Below, piece by piece: positions 1-8,156 of a DNA stretch of 45,052 bases (within the stretch, counting starts at the first letter, position 1; each line of letters begins with the position of its first letter). The stretch covers positions 1-45,052 of the IMG/VR virus record IMGVR_UViG_3300020212_000062. One strand, 5' to 3'. The stretch is from a virus. The position numbers and the translations under genes were made by a program. The notes below the pieces were generated by a model, which saw only the letters and a program-made list of their open reading frames with translations, was not told where the DNA came from and made no database searches.

Positions 1-55
1 CCCTTCAGCGAGACGCCGGCGGGCCAAGCGCCGTTGACCTTGGGCCCGTACAGGA
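1..55. repeat. Terminal 55-bp direct repeat, copy 1 (overlap of a circular assembly)
   Basis: Bases 1-55 (cccttcagcgagacgccggcgggccaagcgccgttgaccttgggcccgtacagga) are identical to 44998-45052 when compared base by base. Confidence 0.9.
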
Positions 56-317
56 TCGGATTACCGTTGTTCGGCCAGATAGCGTACTCCCCATCATTGC
101 CGGTCGCCGCGGTCGGCGGCGCCGACAGGGTGATGATGGCCGCGCCGCTGATGTAGGAAAGATCGTTGTACCGCTTGATGCCGTCGCCCAGCTTCATGCG
201 CTTGGTGTCGACCTCCACCACCAGCTCACGGGCCATCGGGATTTCGTTCACCACAGCCAGGTCAGCGGCGGTACCGCCGCGCACCAGGAATCGGTAGTGG
301 ATGACGGTGTCAGCCAT
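1..317 (-). CDS. Tail fibre protein, N-terminal part. The gene crosses the window junction and continues at 44997 down to 44487.
   Basis: ATG at 317-315 overlaps the J-like stop. My translation is MADTVIHYRFLVRGGTAADLAVVNEIPMARELVVEVDTKRMKLGDGIKRYNDLSYISGA... This matches the conserved N-terminal domain of many phage tail fibres (Mtd_N / hyaluronidase-type: YRFxVRRGTxA...GExxxExDTxxxKxGDGxxxxxxLxY). The frame stays open to base 1 and joins ORF 44487..44921 in frame through the 55-bp overlap. Confidence 0.75.
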   Translation of the reverse strand, partial: MADTVIHYRFLVRGGTAADLAVVNEIPMARELVVEVDTKRMKLGDGIKRYNDLSYISGAAIITLSAPPTAATGNDGEYAIWPNNGNPILYGPKVNGAWPAGVSLK

Positions 318-2673
318 TCGGGGTTACCTCGCCGCCGTCAATGATGGTTTCGGGTCGTTTCCAGGTCGGCGCCTCGATCACATTCTGCGTCGGGCCAGGC
401 TCGGGCGTGAAAATGAAGCTGCGCCGCCAGCGCTGCCACGACGTGCCGTCATCGTTGATCGCCCACAGCTCCATGTCGACGCGCCCAGCCACCACCAGGG
501 TGACGGTGGCCTGGGTGCCGGCGATATCGCCGCGGGCCACGATATCCGCGCCGGTGCTGTCGATGAACCGCAGCCCGTAGCGGGTCAGCGGATCCGGGCC
601 GGCGCCGGCGTCCTCCTGGCCGATGACCTGGTCAGACTGCAGCACGCGGTCGCGGTGTCGCCATGTGACGGTGAAAGTGCCGGTGATGGCCCCAGGATCG
701 TCAGCGCCGGCCATCCGCATGCGCGCCGGGGGGTAGGGCAGGGCCTGGCGCCCGGCGATCGTGACGGACGCCTGGGGAGCCACGTCGATGGGCAGGCCGC
801 CGGTGCTGGAGTTGGTCACAGCGCGCGCTGTGATCTGCTCGCCGATCGCGTACTGCGTCTGCGACAGCACACTGTCGTTGTCGTAGGCCCACAGGCGCAC
901 GCCGGTACCCCAATCCTGGGGCAGCGTGTCCAGGCAACCGCGGGCCACGGTCAGCTGGGTGCCGTCCTGGCTCATGCCATCGATGCGCACGCACTCGGCA
1001 TCGGGGTGGGTGCCCAGCCAGGCCGTGCTGCCGATTTCCAGGTAATCCCACTGGCCCAGCTTGTTGGTGATCTTCAGGACGGTTTCCTGCCGCCCAGCGG
1101 GCGCCGACAGCGTGGCGGTCGGGGTCAGGTCGCCGGCGCCGGCGTCGAGCCAGTCGGCGCCCTGCCGCACAAAGGCGTTGAAGTTGACCGCGAAGCCAGG
1201 CGGCTTGCTGGCGCACATGCCGAAGAAGCCCACCATAGGGTCCAGCTGCTTTGCCGCGTCCAGCCCCAGCGCCTGCACCAGGTCGCGGAACGGAACCTCG
1301 AAAGCCTGGACGAACGCCGGCGGCTGAACGGCACCGTTCGGGTCGACCCAGCCCGGTGGCTGCGGCTTGACGTAGGACGTAAGGCCGAACTTGAACACGT
1401 CCTCTGTGCCCTCGATCGTGATCCCGTCACCGTCCTGGCTGTTGTCGGTCACCTTCAGCACGCGAACGGGCATGTTCAAGATGCCCTCCTCTGGCCAGGA
1501 CAGGCGGATGACCTGGCCAGGCACCACCTTGTAGGCCTTGCGGTTCGTGCGCAGGCGGACGCGCGCCAGCATCGCCGACAGCACGTCAACGTCGCGCTGG
1601 GCCAGGCGCGCGGCGATCGCCTCGGTGGGACAGCAGGCGTAGGCCTTGGTCTGGTTGATGACGCCGCCAGTTGCCTGGATCGCGGCCAGGTTGGCCACGG
1701 TGATGCCGCGCTCGGCGTTGTTGGCCGAATCGTTCCAGGTGACGGTCACCTCATTGACGGTTTCCTCTGCGGTGACGCGCTCCAGGTTCTCCAGCACACA
1801 GTCGACGTCGTAGCCCTGGGCGCGCGGCCCGAAGTGCACCAGCTGGTCCAGCTCGTAATCCCCACGCATGGGGATGATGCGCCACTGCAGGTTTTCAGGA
1901 TCCTGGATCAGCATGGCGTTGCAGTGGTCCAGCACCTGCTGGAGCGTGTCCTGGATCTTGTCCGACTGCACCCACTTCACCCACAGGCCCAGGCCCTCGG
2001 CGTGGAACAGGTCGGCCGCTGCCCGGAAACTCGCATCGTTCAGATTTCCGGGCGGGTGGCTCATCCCGTCCTCTGTGTCGGTCAGGATTTCGTAGATGAC
2101 GTGGGCCGGGTTGGCGCACAGGATCCGCGTGGGCACGTCCACGCGCGGAAGGTCCACCTTCACCTCAGCGCCCAGGAACTTGAAGGCGCGCGTAGCACGC
2201 CCCTGCGGCTGCAGGTCGGGCGCTGGGCCCACGTCTACCTCTGCCTTTTCCGGGTACCAGCACACGCCGGTTTCCCATCCGGCCTTGGTCCTGCGGATCC
2301 GGTATGCCCAGGCCTTCAGGTATGGCGTGATGGCGCCCACCTTGCCCTGGCGGAAAACGGTGCTGAAGATGCCCCTATAGGCGGGGTTGTAGGTGCCGCC
2401 CTGCACGCTGGCCAGGTAGTCGTTGGGCTGCTGCGTGGGGCCGCCCATCATCACGTCCAGCTGGCCATCGATGCCGCCCTCCTTTTCATCGCCGCCCCAC
2501 AGTTGGGACGCATCGATGCGGATGCGCTCGTTACCGGTGACCTTTCCCGACCAGGCGATGCGTTCGCCGCCCATGATCGAAATCAGCATGTCGATGGGGC
2601 CCTTACAGATGCCCATGTGCAGGCCCATCAAGTACCAGTAGCCAATGGTCTGCTTTTTGCTCTTACCGCCCAT
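310..2673 (-). CDS. Host-specificity / tail-tip protein (lambda J / RcGTA g15-like)
   Basis: 787 aa. N-terminus MGGKSKKQTIGYWYLMGLHMGICKGPID is typical of J-like tail-tip proteins. It lies last in the tail-tip block, after the BR0599 hub and gpI-like genes. Confidence 0.8.
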   Translation of the reverse strand: MGGKSKKQTIGYWYLMGLHMGICKGPIDMLISIMGGERIAWSGKVTGNERIRIDASQLWGGDEKEGGIDGQLDVMMGGPTQQPNDYLASVQGGTYNPAYRGIFSTVFRQGKVGAITPYLKAWAYRIRRTKAGWETGVCWYPEKAEVDVGPAPDLQPQGRATRAFKFLGAEVKVDLPRVDVPTRILCANPAHVIYEILTDTEDGMSHPPGNLNDASFRAAADLFHAEGLGLWVKWVQSDKIQDTLQQVLDHCNAMLIQDPENLQWRIIPMRGDYELDQLVHFGPRAQGYDVDCVLENLERVTAEETVNEVTVTWNDSANNAERGITVANLAAIQATGGVINQTKAYACCPTEAIAARLAQRDVDVLSAMLARVRLRTNRKAYKVVPGQVIRLSWPEEGILNMPVRVLKVTDNSQDGDGITIEGTEDVFKFGLTSYVKPQPPGWVDPNGAVQPPAFVQAFEVPFRDLVQALGLDAAKQLDPMVGFFGMCASKPPGFAVNFNAFVRQGADWLDAGAGDLTPTATLSAPAGRQETVLKITNKLGQWDYLEIGSTAWLGTHPDAECVRIDGMSQDGTQLTVARGCLDTLPQDWGTGVRLWAYDNDSVLSQTQYAIGEQITARAVTNSSTGGLPIDVAPQASVTIAGRQALPYPPARMRMAGADDPGAITGTFTVTWRHRDRVLQSDQVIGQEDAGAGPDPLTRYGLRFIDSTGADIVARGDIAGTQATVTLVVAGRVDMELWAINDDGTSWQRWRRSFIFTPEPGPTQNVIEAPTWKRPETIIDGGEVTPNG

Positions 2674-2872
2674 CGCTGGCGCTCCTCTTGCGGACGTCTT
2701 CCACCAGTTGCCTGGCCATGTCGTTGCCGGTGGCCAGCATCACGCTGCAGGGCAAGCCCTCGCGCACGAACTGCTGCCAATCCAGTTGATGCGCGCGGCA
2801 AAACTCGCGCGCGCCGCTGACACACCAGCGCCTGGCGCGAACGTCCGCGATCGTCACCACGTCGTGGGTCAC
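2663..2872 (-). CDS. Hypothetical small tail-module protein
   Basis: ORF 2663..2926. GTG at 2872 forms a GTGA overlap with the stop of the upstream gene (2869). Protein-like composition; no motif recognised. Confidence 0.5.
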   Translation of the reverse strand: MTHDVVTIADVRARRWCVSGAREFCRAHQLDWQQFVREGLPCSVMLATGNDMARQLVEDVRKRSASDGR

Positions 2873-3102
2873 TTCTTGCCCCCGGAACTCTTTTTGATGG
2901 CCAGCGTGGCCAGGTCGCCATACCAAAGCACGTTGTAGCCCGTAAGCCAGCCTTCACCGAAACACCAGGGGATCGCGCGGCCCTCCTCGGCGGTCGGCAC
3001 GTCGAAGTCGCTCAACGACGGAGGCTTGGGAATCGGGGGCTTCGGCGCCATCGCGTAGCCGATAATCAGCGCCACGATGAGGATCACAATCTGAACGTAC
3101 AT
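2869..3102 (-). CDS. Tail assembly protein, lambda gpI C-terminal-like
   Basis: Internal start MYVQIVILIVALIIGYAMAPKPP... A hydrophobic segment is followed by APKP..., a ...EGRAIPWCFGE... core and a GGKK tail. This resembles the C-terminal part of lambda gpI-type proteins. Located directly before the J-like gene. Confidence 0.55.
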   Translation of the reverse strand: MYVQIVILIVALIIGYAMAPKPPIPKPPSLSDFDVPTAEEGRAIPWCFGEGWLTGYNVLWYGDLATLAIKKSSGGKK

Positions 3103-3110
3103 GTCAGGCC

Positions 3111-3935
3111 TCAGTAAACCGGCGAGCCGCCGAACGGGTTTTTTTCGGGGAAGTACGGGAAGCCGCCATAGTTGGCGACGTTGTCGAACTTCGTTGCACA
3201 TGTTGCCAGGGTGTGATCGTCGCCTGGGTAGGCCTTCAGCGTCATGCCGGCGACCAGGCCCAGGGGGAAGTTGGTCAGCGTGAAGCGTGTGCCCACATGC
3301 TCACGGATCGGGCGCCGATCGATCACGCCCGGGGTGATTTCGTAGACGATGAATCCACCCATGAACCACCCATCTGCGCGGCCGGCAACGCTGGACACCG
3401 TCAGCTGCAGGCCCTGCACCTCCTGGGCGATCACCTCGATGGCGAAGGCCTCCAGGTTGATGCCGCAGCGGCGGCCGCCGGTCAGCAGCGGGCACAGGCG
3501 CTGGTAGGCGCGGCGCAGCCCCATGCGCTGCAGGCTGGTGTAGGTCGGTTCGTGGGTTAGCACCGCCTCGCGCGTCTCCATGTCCCACGCCACGCTGGTG
3601 ACGCGGCCCTGCCACACCGCCCGGCGGTCGGTGGGGTCATCCATCTGCACCTCGCGGATGGTCAGCAGAACCGTGTCGATCGGCGGCGTGGACCGGAACA
3701 GCTGGGCCACGGGATTGTCGGATTCCATCGTGACGTCGATCGGCGACCGGATCGGGTCGCCGCCCTGTTCGATGGGGCCGTGTCGCATCGTGCCGCTGGC
3801 CTTGTAGGTCTGGAACTGCAGGACCAAATCCTGGTCGGCGTTGGTGTAGCGGTACACGTTGCCCCCGCGCGCCCAGGTGTAGGTGTAGACCTTGCGGCCC
3901 TGGTACTGGCTGCGCTCCAGGGAATCAAAACTCAT
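3111..3935 (-). CDS. Tail hub protein, DUF2163 / phage BR0599 family (RcGTA g13-like)
   Basis: 274 aa. The C-terminal motif DDHTLATCATKFDNVANYGGFPYFP is the BR0599 signature. N-terminus MSFDSLERSQYQGRKVYTYTW... is typical of DUF2163. Confidence 0.8.
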   Translation of the reverse strand: MSFDSLERSQYQGRKVYTYTWARGGNVYRYTNADQDLVLQFQTYKASGTMRHGPIEQGGDPIRSPIDVTMESDNPVAQLFRSTPPIDTVLLTIREVQMDDPTDRRAVWQGRVTSVAWDMETREAVLTHEPTYTSLQRMGLRRAYQRLCPLLTGGRRCGINLEAFAIEVIAQEVQGLQLTVSSVAGRADGWFMGGFIVYEITPGVIDRRPIREHVGTRFTLTNFPLGLVAGMTLKAYPGDDHTLATCATKFDNVANYGGFPYFPEKNPFGGSPVY

Positions 3936-5625
3936 GGCGGTAAGTCCTCATCGGCATGGGTGAATCGGCATGCGCATTGTCGCCGCCCATGTCACCGGAC
4001 CACCACGCCCATTCGATCCGATCGCTACTCCCGCGCATCACCGACAGGAAGCTGATTTGCACGCCGGCGGCCGGATCCAGCAGCAGCTGCAGCGGCGCAG
4101 CCAGGCCGATGCGCTCGCGGCCGTTGCCCAGGTCGGTGCTGCCGGTGATCTGGCGATACTGGATGCCGGCCGACGTCTCGATGCGGATATCCGTTCGGCC
4201 GACCAGGCCGCGCAGGTATGCGGTGTAACCCATGAATGCAACGTCGATGTTCGTTGCGCCCGGGGCGGCCAGCACCTGCAGGTCCATGTCGTTGGCGTAG
4301 GAAGGCACCCACAGCGGCCGCTGCTGCCCGGCCAGGTAGTACTGGATGCGACGTAGCCTGTCGATCTGCGCGCGCCCCAGCGGCGCGTAGCGGAGCGTCT
4401 GGCGCATGGTCGGGTAGCCGGATCGGTCGACCCAGCGCGGCACGCCGTCGTTGTTGTCGGTGATGGCCAGGCGCCGCTCGGGCGACAGCTGCGGGGCGTT
4501 GGACCAGTCCGGCCGATCCTCCAGCACCGGCAGGCCGCGGTGTTGCGGCATGGTGGCCGGGTCGATCGCCGGATAGGGGTTGGCCGCGGCTACCTGGAAC
4601 GTCACCGACACGTCGCTGCAGGATCCGGTGAACCGGACCACGCCGGCGTCTGTGATGCGGGCCGACTTCGCCGGGTACACCACGCTGCCAGCTGGCCAGC
4701 TCCTGGCCAGGTCGCGCTTGACCTGCAGGCCGCTGTCCAGCACCTGGTCGATTTCCACCACTTCGCTGGTAAAGGCATCCTCGCCCAGCAGCATGGCCAG
4801 GCCGCCGGCGACGAACTCACGCCCGATGGTTGGCGGCAGCTGCAGGAGGCGATCGCCGGCGGCTGCAGTCGCCTGCAGGTCGGCGCCGTGTGGCCACAGC
4901 GGCAGGGCCCAGGCGCGCGCAGTCCAGCCCAGCAGGGCGGCCTCCATCGCCTGGCGCTCCACGTCGGTGGCGGTGGCGGTGAAATCCCAGGTTTGCCGCG
5001 GCGTCAGGCGCCTGGCCACGCGCTGTTCGTCGCCCTCCTCGGCTTCCATCACGTCGGTGAGCCATTCCAGCGACTCGCCGATGCCGCGGCCCCAATCGGG
5101 GCGCCAGGTCCACGGGCTCACGCGGTTGCCGGTGATGTGCATCACCAGGGTGGTTCCGGTGTCGAAGCTCCACGACACCGTCGCATCGATCGTCGGCGGA
5201 CCCTCGGGCGACACACGCACCGACCAGGCACGTTCCTGCAGGGGGCCGAACGCCAGCGGCGGCGATCCCTGGCCCACCAGCTCGATGCCCTCGCCGTTGG
5301 CCAGCACCAGGCTGTCCAGGCGCACGCCGTAGCTAAAGGCGTTCCACACCGACACGGTGCGCTGCTGCTCGCCCACCACGTTGCCCAGGGCCATCGTGGT
5401 GATCGACAGGTGCAGGCGGTTGTAGAAATCCAGGTCGAAAACCGGCTGGAAGGTGCCGGCCAGGGCCGCCTGCGGCGGCGCGATCGGCGACTGGCCGAGC
5501 GGCGTCAGCACGCCACTGCCGCGGCCCGCCATACGCGCCACGCTGGCGTCCCGCCCATTCCACGGCGTGCCGACCTGCCACGAAAGCGGGTTCGGCGGAT
5601 CCGGTGCCCACAATGCCCAGGACAT
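3925..5625 (-). CDS. Tail-tip/baseplate-associated protein, function unassigned (positional analogue of lambda M/L or GTA g12)
   Basis: In ORF 3925..5931, ATG at 5625 (MSWALWAPDPPNPL...) lies 2 nt after the upstream stop at 5628. 566 aa. High GC3. Confidence 0.6.
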   Translation of the reverse strand: MSWALWAPDPPNPLSWQVGTPWNGRDASVARMAGRGSGVLTPLGQSPIAPPQAALAGTFQPVFDLDFYNRLHLSITTMALGNVVGEQQRTVSVWNAFSYGVRLDSLVLANGEGIELVGQGSPPLAFGPLQERAWSVRVSPEGPPTIDATVSWSFDTGTTLVMHITGNRVSPWTWRPDWGRGIGESLEWLTDVMEAEEGDEQRVARRLTPRQTWDFTATATDVERQAMEAALLGWTARAWALPLWPHGADLQATAAAGDRLLQLPPTIGREFVAGGLAMLLGEDAFTSEVVEIDQVLDSGLQVKRDLARSWPAGSVVYPAKSARITDAGVVRFTGSCSDVSVTFQVAAANPYPAIDPATMPQHRGLPVLEDRPDWSNAPQLSPERRLAITDNNDGVPRWVDRSGYPTMRQTLRYAPLGRAQIDRLRRIQYYLAGQQRPLWVPSYANDMDLQVLAAPGATNIDVAFMGYTAYLRGLVGRTDIRIETSAGIQYRQITGSTDLGNGRERIGLAAPLQLLLDPAAGVQISFLSVMRGSSDRIEWAWWSGDMGGDNAHADSPMPMRTYRHEF

Positions 5626-5627
5626 GG

Positions 5628-6572
5628 TCAGCCCTCGCGCCGGTAGGCGTAGCCGTACACGCCCGAATTGACCGTGCCGGCGGCGCCGTTCTTCCTGGCC
5701 ACGGGGAACACCAGCCAGGTGTCGGTACCGAGTGGGTAATCCTGGCCAGGCTCCATGTTGTCCAGGCGGACCAGGCGCATGTCGACCGGGTAGCCGATAT
5801 CGGACCAAAGGGAGCTGCCGCGGGAGACGGCGCACCACAGCGGGATCAGCGGCGCGCGGCCGGTGATGATGCTCGCCGCCGACTGGTAGGGCAGCAGCAC
5901 GGTGCCGCGCTGAGCCTGGTCCTGTCGCCATCCGCAGCGCAAGGGTTGCGCCGCGTTGTAGTCGCCGACGTGGTACCGCGGCGACACGCCGTCATAGTCG
6001 GCGCGCACCACAGTGGCGTTTCCGCTGGCCCAGCTCAGGCTCCCGGCGTCATCGAAGGGCACGCCGTGGTAGACGGAATCGGGCTGGTCGATACCGGAAT
6101 TAACCTGGGTGGTCCAGTTAGAAGCGAACACGAACTGGCCGCCGGTGTAGGCGCCCACTTTCTTCAGCACGCCCATGCCCAGGTGGCGGTAGGTGCCCGG
6201 GTCCGTCTCCACCACCATGTAGGCGTACTTTCCGCTGGGCGCTTCGCCGGCGAAGAAGTGGTAAGCCTGCATGGGCGCGGTCAGGCGGTTGGAACGCACA
6301 TAAGGCGACACGCCAGGCTGCACCGTGTCGCCGGCGTTGGAGAAAGCCGTGTGCTGGGCAATCTGGATCGACGGGCCGCTGTTGGTCGTGGTGGTGTCGC
6401 TGAACCAGGAATAGAACAGGCCTGCAGCGTTCACCTGCAGGGCCTTGCCCTGGCCCGCGCTGTTGAGGCGATCGCCCCAATAGTCGATGCCCCAGCCTGC
6501 CGCCTGCAGGAACAGGCGGAAGCGGTCCAGTAGGTCGTTTACGTCCAGGGCGGTGCCGGTTTGGTAGCTCAT
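5628..6572 (-). CDS. Virion tail-associated protein, paralogue family member 1
   Basis: 314 aa. The C-terminal segment VRLDNMEPGQDYPLGTDTWLVFPV is related to the C-termini of 6579..8153 and 43353..44315. Confidence 0.6.
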   Translation of the reverse strand: MSYQTGTALDVNDLLDRFRLFLQAAGWGIDYWGDRLNSAGQGKALQVNAAGLFYSWFSDTTTTNSGPSIQIAQHTAFSNAGDTVQPGVSPYVRSNRLTAPMQAYHFFAGEAPSGKYAYMVVETDPGTYRHLGMGVLKKVGAYTGGQFVFASNWTTQVNSGIDQPDSVYHGVPFDDAGSLSWASGNATVVRADYDGVSPRYHVGDYNAAQPLRCGWRQDQAQRGTVLLPYQSAASIITGRAPLIPLWCAVSRGSSLWSDIGYPVDMRLVRLDNMEPGQDYPLGTDTWLVFPVARKNGAAGTVNSGVYGYAYRREG

Positions 6573-6578
6573 GGGGGA

Positions 6579-8153
6579 TCAGTCCTGGCGGATGGCGAAG
6601 AAGTCGGCTGCAGCGTTGCGGAAAGTGTTCTGGAACACCAGGTGGTCGAAGCCATCCATGCGGATGGTCGTCTCGGGCACCAGGTTGAAACCGGGGGTGA
6701 AATAGCAGCCGTCCAGCTCGCCCCACATGTGGCGCGGATCGTTGCTGGTCAGCACGATTTCGTACAGCACACGCGTGCCGTCCAGGGCTTCGCGGAAATC
6801 GGCCTCGCGGCCGCTGTTGTTGATCGCTGCCGGGTACACCTTGCCGCGCGTCTCGCTGTCGCCGGTGTCGTTGCTGCTCAGGTAGCGATTGGAGTGTGGG
6901 CGCCAGACGCCATCCGGGTACCGGGCAACCATGCCGTAGCGCCCCGGGCTGCTGAAGCCGCGGAAATTGGCGCTGGTGCTGGTGGCCACGCCGGCGGCGT
7001 CATTGCCGGTACCGGCGTTGATTGCGGGATACGGGTGCACGCTGGGCAGCTCGTAGGGCTTGCCCAGGCCCTGGTAGAACGGCACGTACACTGCGCCGAT
7101 CTTGGCCACCCCGGTGATGCGCCGACCGTTCACCGCTGCCCACCAGTTGAAATTGTTGGACGTCAGCGGGACGTTGCGCAGGCCACTGTTGGCCCCCTGG
7201 CTGCGCACCATCACCTGCGGGTCATAGGCCCGGAACTGGTAGAAATTGAACGATCGCGCCGCCACTGCGGCGTCCTCGTACAGCTCCACGCCCAGGAAAA
7301 TGGCATCGAGCCCATCATTCCCAGGAGCCGACACGATCCACTCTGGCCGGCGCTGCAGCTCAATATCGCCGGTGGTGCCCTTCAGGAACCGCAGCTCGGT
7401 GATTTCCACCTGGCCGCTGGTCGATGCGGTGAACACCGCGCGCCAGTAAAGGTGCTGGCCAACGCTGGGAACGTTGAACGTGCGCGACTCGCCGGCGTTG
7501 GCCCACTGGATGCCGGTAAACGTAGCTGCGGCCTGCCAGGCCTGGCCATCGTCGGAGTACTCGACACGGAACGCGGTTGGATAGCGCGACGGCGCGTCGT
7601 AGATGCTCACATTCACCCGGCGCACGTCCGCCGGGCCGATCATCGAGAAACCGGCGCTCGCCGGCAGCGTGGCCGCCAGCGCCTGGTAGTTGGTGCTGGT
7701 GCCGGCCTGGTTGTCCCACAGCCTGGACGGGTTGGCGAACCCATCGGAGAAACGCATGCTCGGCAGCGCCCCGTGCCGGCGTACCAGCGACCACCGCGGC
7801 GACGTCGACAGCTTGAACGCATCGCCCACGGCAAAGGGCGTGGTGCCGCCGTTTATGCGGAATGCCACCTGGCCGCTGGTGAAAGGCTGGTCGGTAGTGG
7901 CCACGCCGATATCGCCGGCGAGACTGCCCACCACCTGGAACGTGCTGGAGCTGGTGGCGGTGATGGTGAAGGTTTCGGCGGCTGATGCGGATCCGCCGGT
8001 GTACCCGCCAGGAACGCCCGTGGTGCCGGTCAGCGTTCCGTTGCCGGTACCGGAATACACCAGGCCGAACGCATGCCCGGTATCGCACAGCAGCGCCTGC
8101 AGCTGGTCCATGAAGTTGATGTAGCCGGTGGCCACGCCGGTTGCCCAGGTCAT
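6579..8153 (-). CDS. Virion tail-associated protein, paralogue family member 2, with an inserted discoidin/galactose-binding-like segment
   Basis: 524 aa. The central RRVNVSIYDAPSRYPTAFRVEYSDDGQAWQAAATF resembles an F5/8 type C (discoidin) domain. C-terminus ...IRMDGFDHLVFQN... is related to members 1 and 3. Confidence 0.6.
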   Translation of the reverse strand: MTWATGVATGYINFMDQLQALLCDTGHAFGLVYSGTGNGTLTGTTGVPGGYTGGSASAAETFTITATSSSTFQVVGSLAGDIGVATTDQPFTSGQVAFRINGGTTPFAVGDAFKLSTSPRWSLVRRHGALPSMRFSDGFANPSRLWDNQAGTSTNYQALAATLPASAGFSMIGPADVRRVNVSIYDAPSRYPTAFRVEYSDDGQAWQAAATFTGIQWANAGESRTFNVPSVGQHLYWRAVFTASTSGQVEITELRFLKGTTGDIELQRRPEWIVSAPGNDGLDAIFLGVELYEDAAVAARSFNFYQFRAYDPQVMVRSQGANSGLRNVPLTSNNFNWWAAVNGRRITGVAKIGAVYVPFYQGLGKPYELPSVHPYPAINAGTGNDAAGVATSTSANFRGFSSPGRYGMVARYPDGVWRPHSNRYLSSNDTGDSETRGKVYPAAINNSGREADFREALDGTRVLYEIVLTSNDPRHMWGELDGCYFTPGFNLVPETTIRMDGFDHLVFQNTFRNAAADFFAIRQD

Positions 8154-8156
8154 TGC

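Noticed and set aside
1-55. The 55-bp terminal repeat interpreted as an att site, a transposon end or a genuine phage direct terminal repeat
   Set aside because: It lies in the middle of an uninterrupted coding frame, its length is typical of an assembler k-mer overlap, and no integrase or transposase is present. A true DTR cannot be fully excluded without read data.
301-2820. Very long ORFs antisense to the called genes, including 301..2820 (+), 4540..5646 (+), 6561..7985 (+), 8073..9101 (+), 11392..12999 (+), 14812..16074 (+), 16237..17667 (+), 18015..19277 (-), 20636..21751 (-), 23692..24627 (+), 28391..29575 (+), 29683..30849 (+), 34512..35960 (+), 38459..39139 (+, upstream extension of the erf ORF), 39089..40015 (-) and 40650..41819 (-)
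   Set aside because: They are typical shadow ORFs of high-G+C DNA. Their translations are dominated by R/A/G/P/H with no recognisable motifs. They fully overlap ORFs that have clear family signatures, G/C-rich third positions and operon-consistent start-stop coupling.
2663-3102. The possibility that the J-like gene is split by an inserted element, because the 77-aa ORF ends ...IKKSSGGKK and the J-like ORF starts MGGKSKKQT...
   Set aside because: The 77-aa ORF matches the C-terminal part of lambda gpI-type tail assembly proteins (hydrophobic segment, APKP, ...IP..FG... core), which normally precede J as separate genes. J-like proteins commonly start with MGGK... The similarity of the Gly/Lys tails is low-complexity. 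No intron or intein features were seen in the ~200-bp interval.
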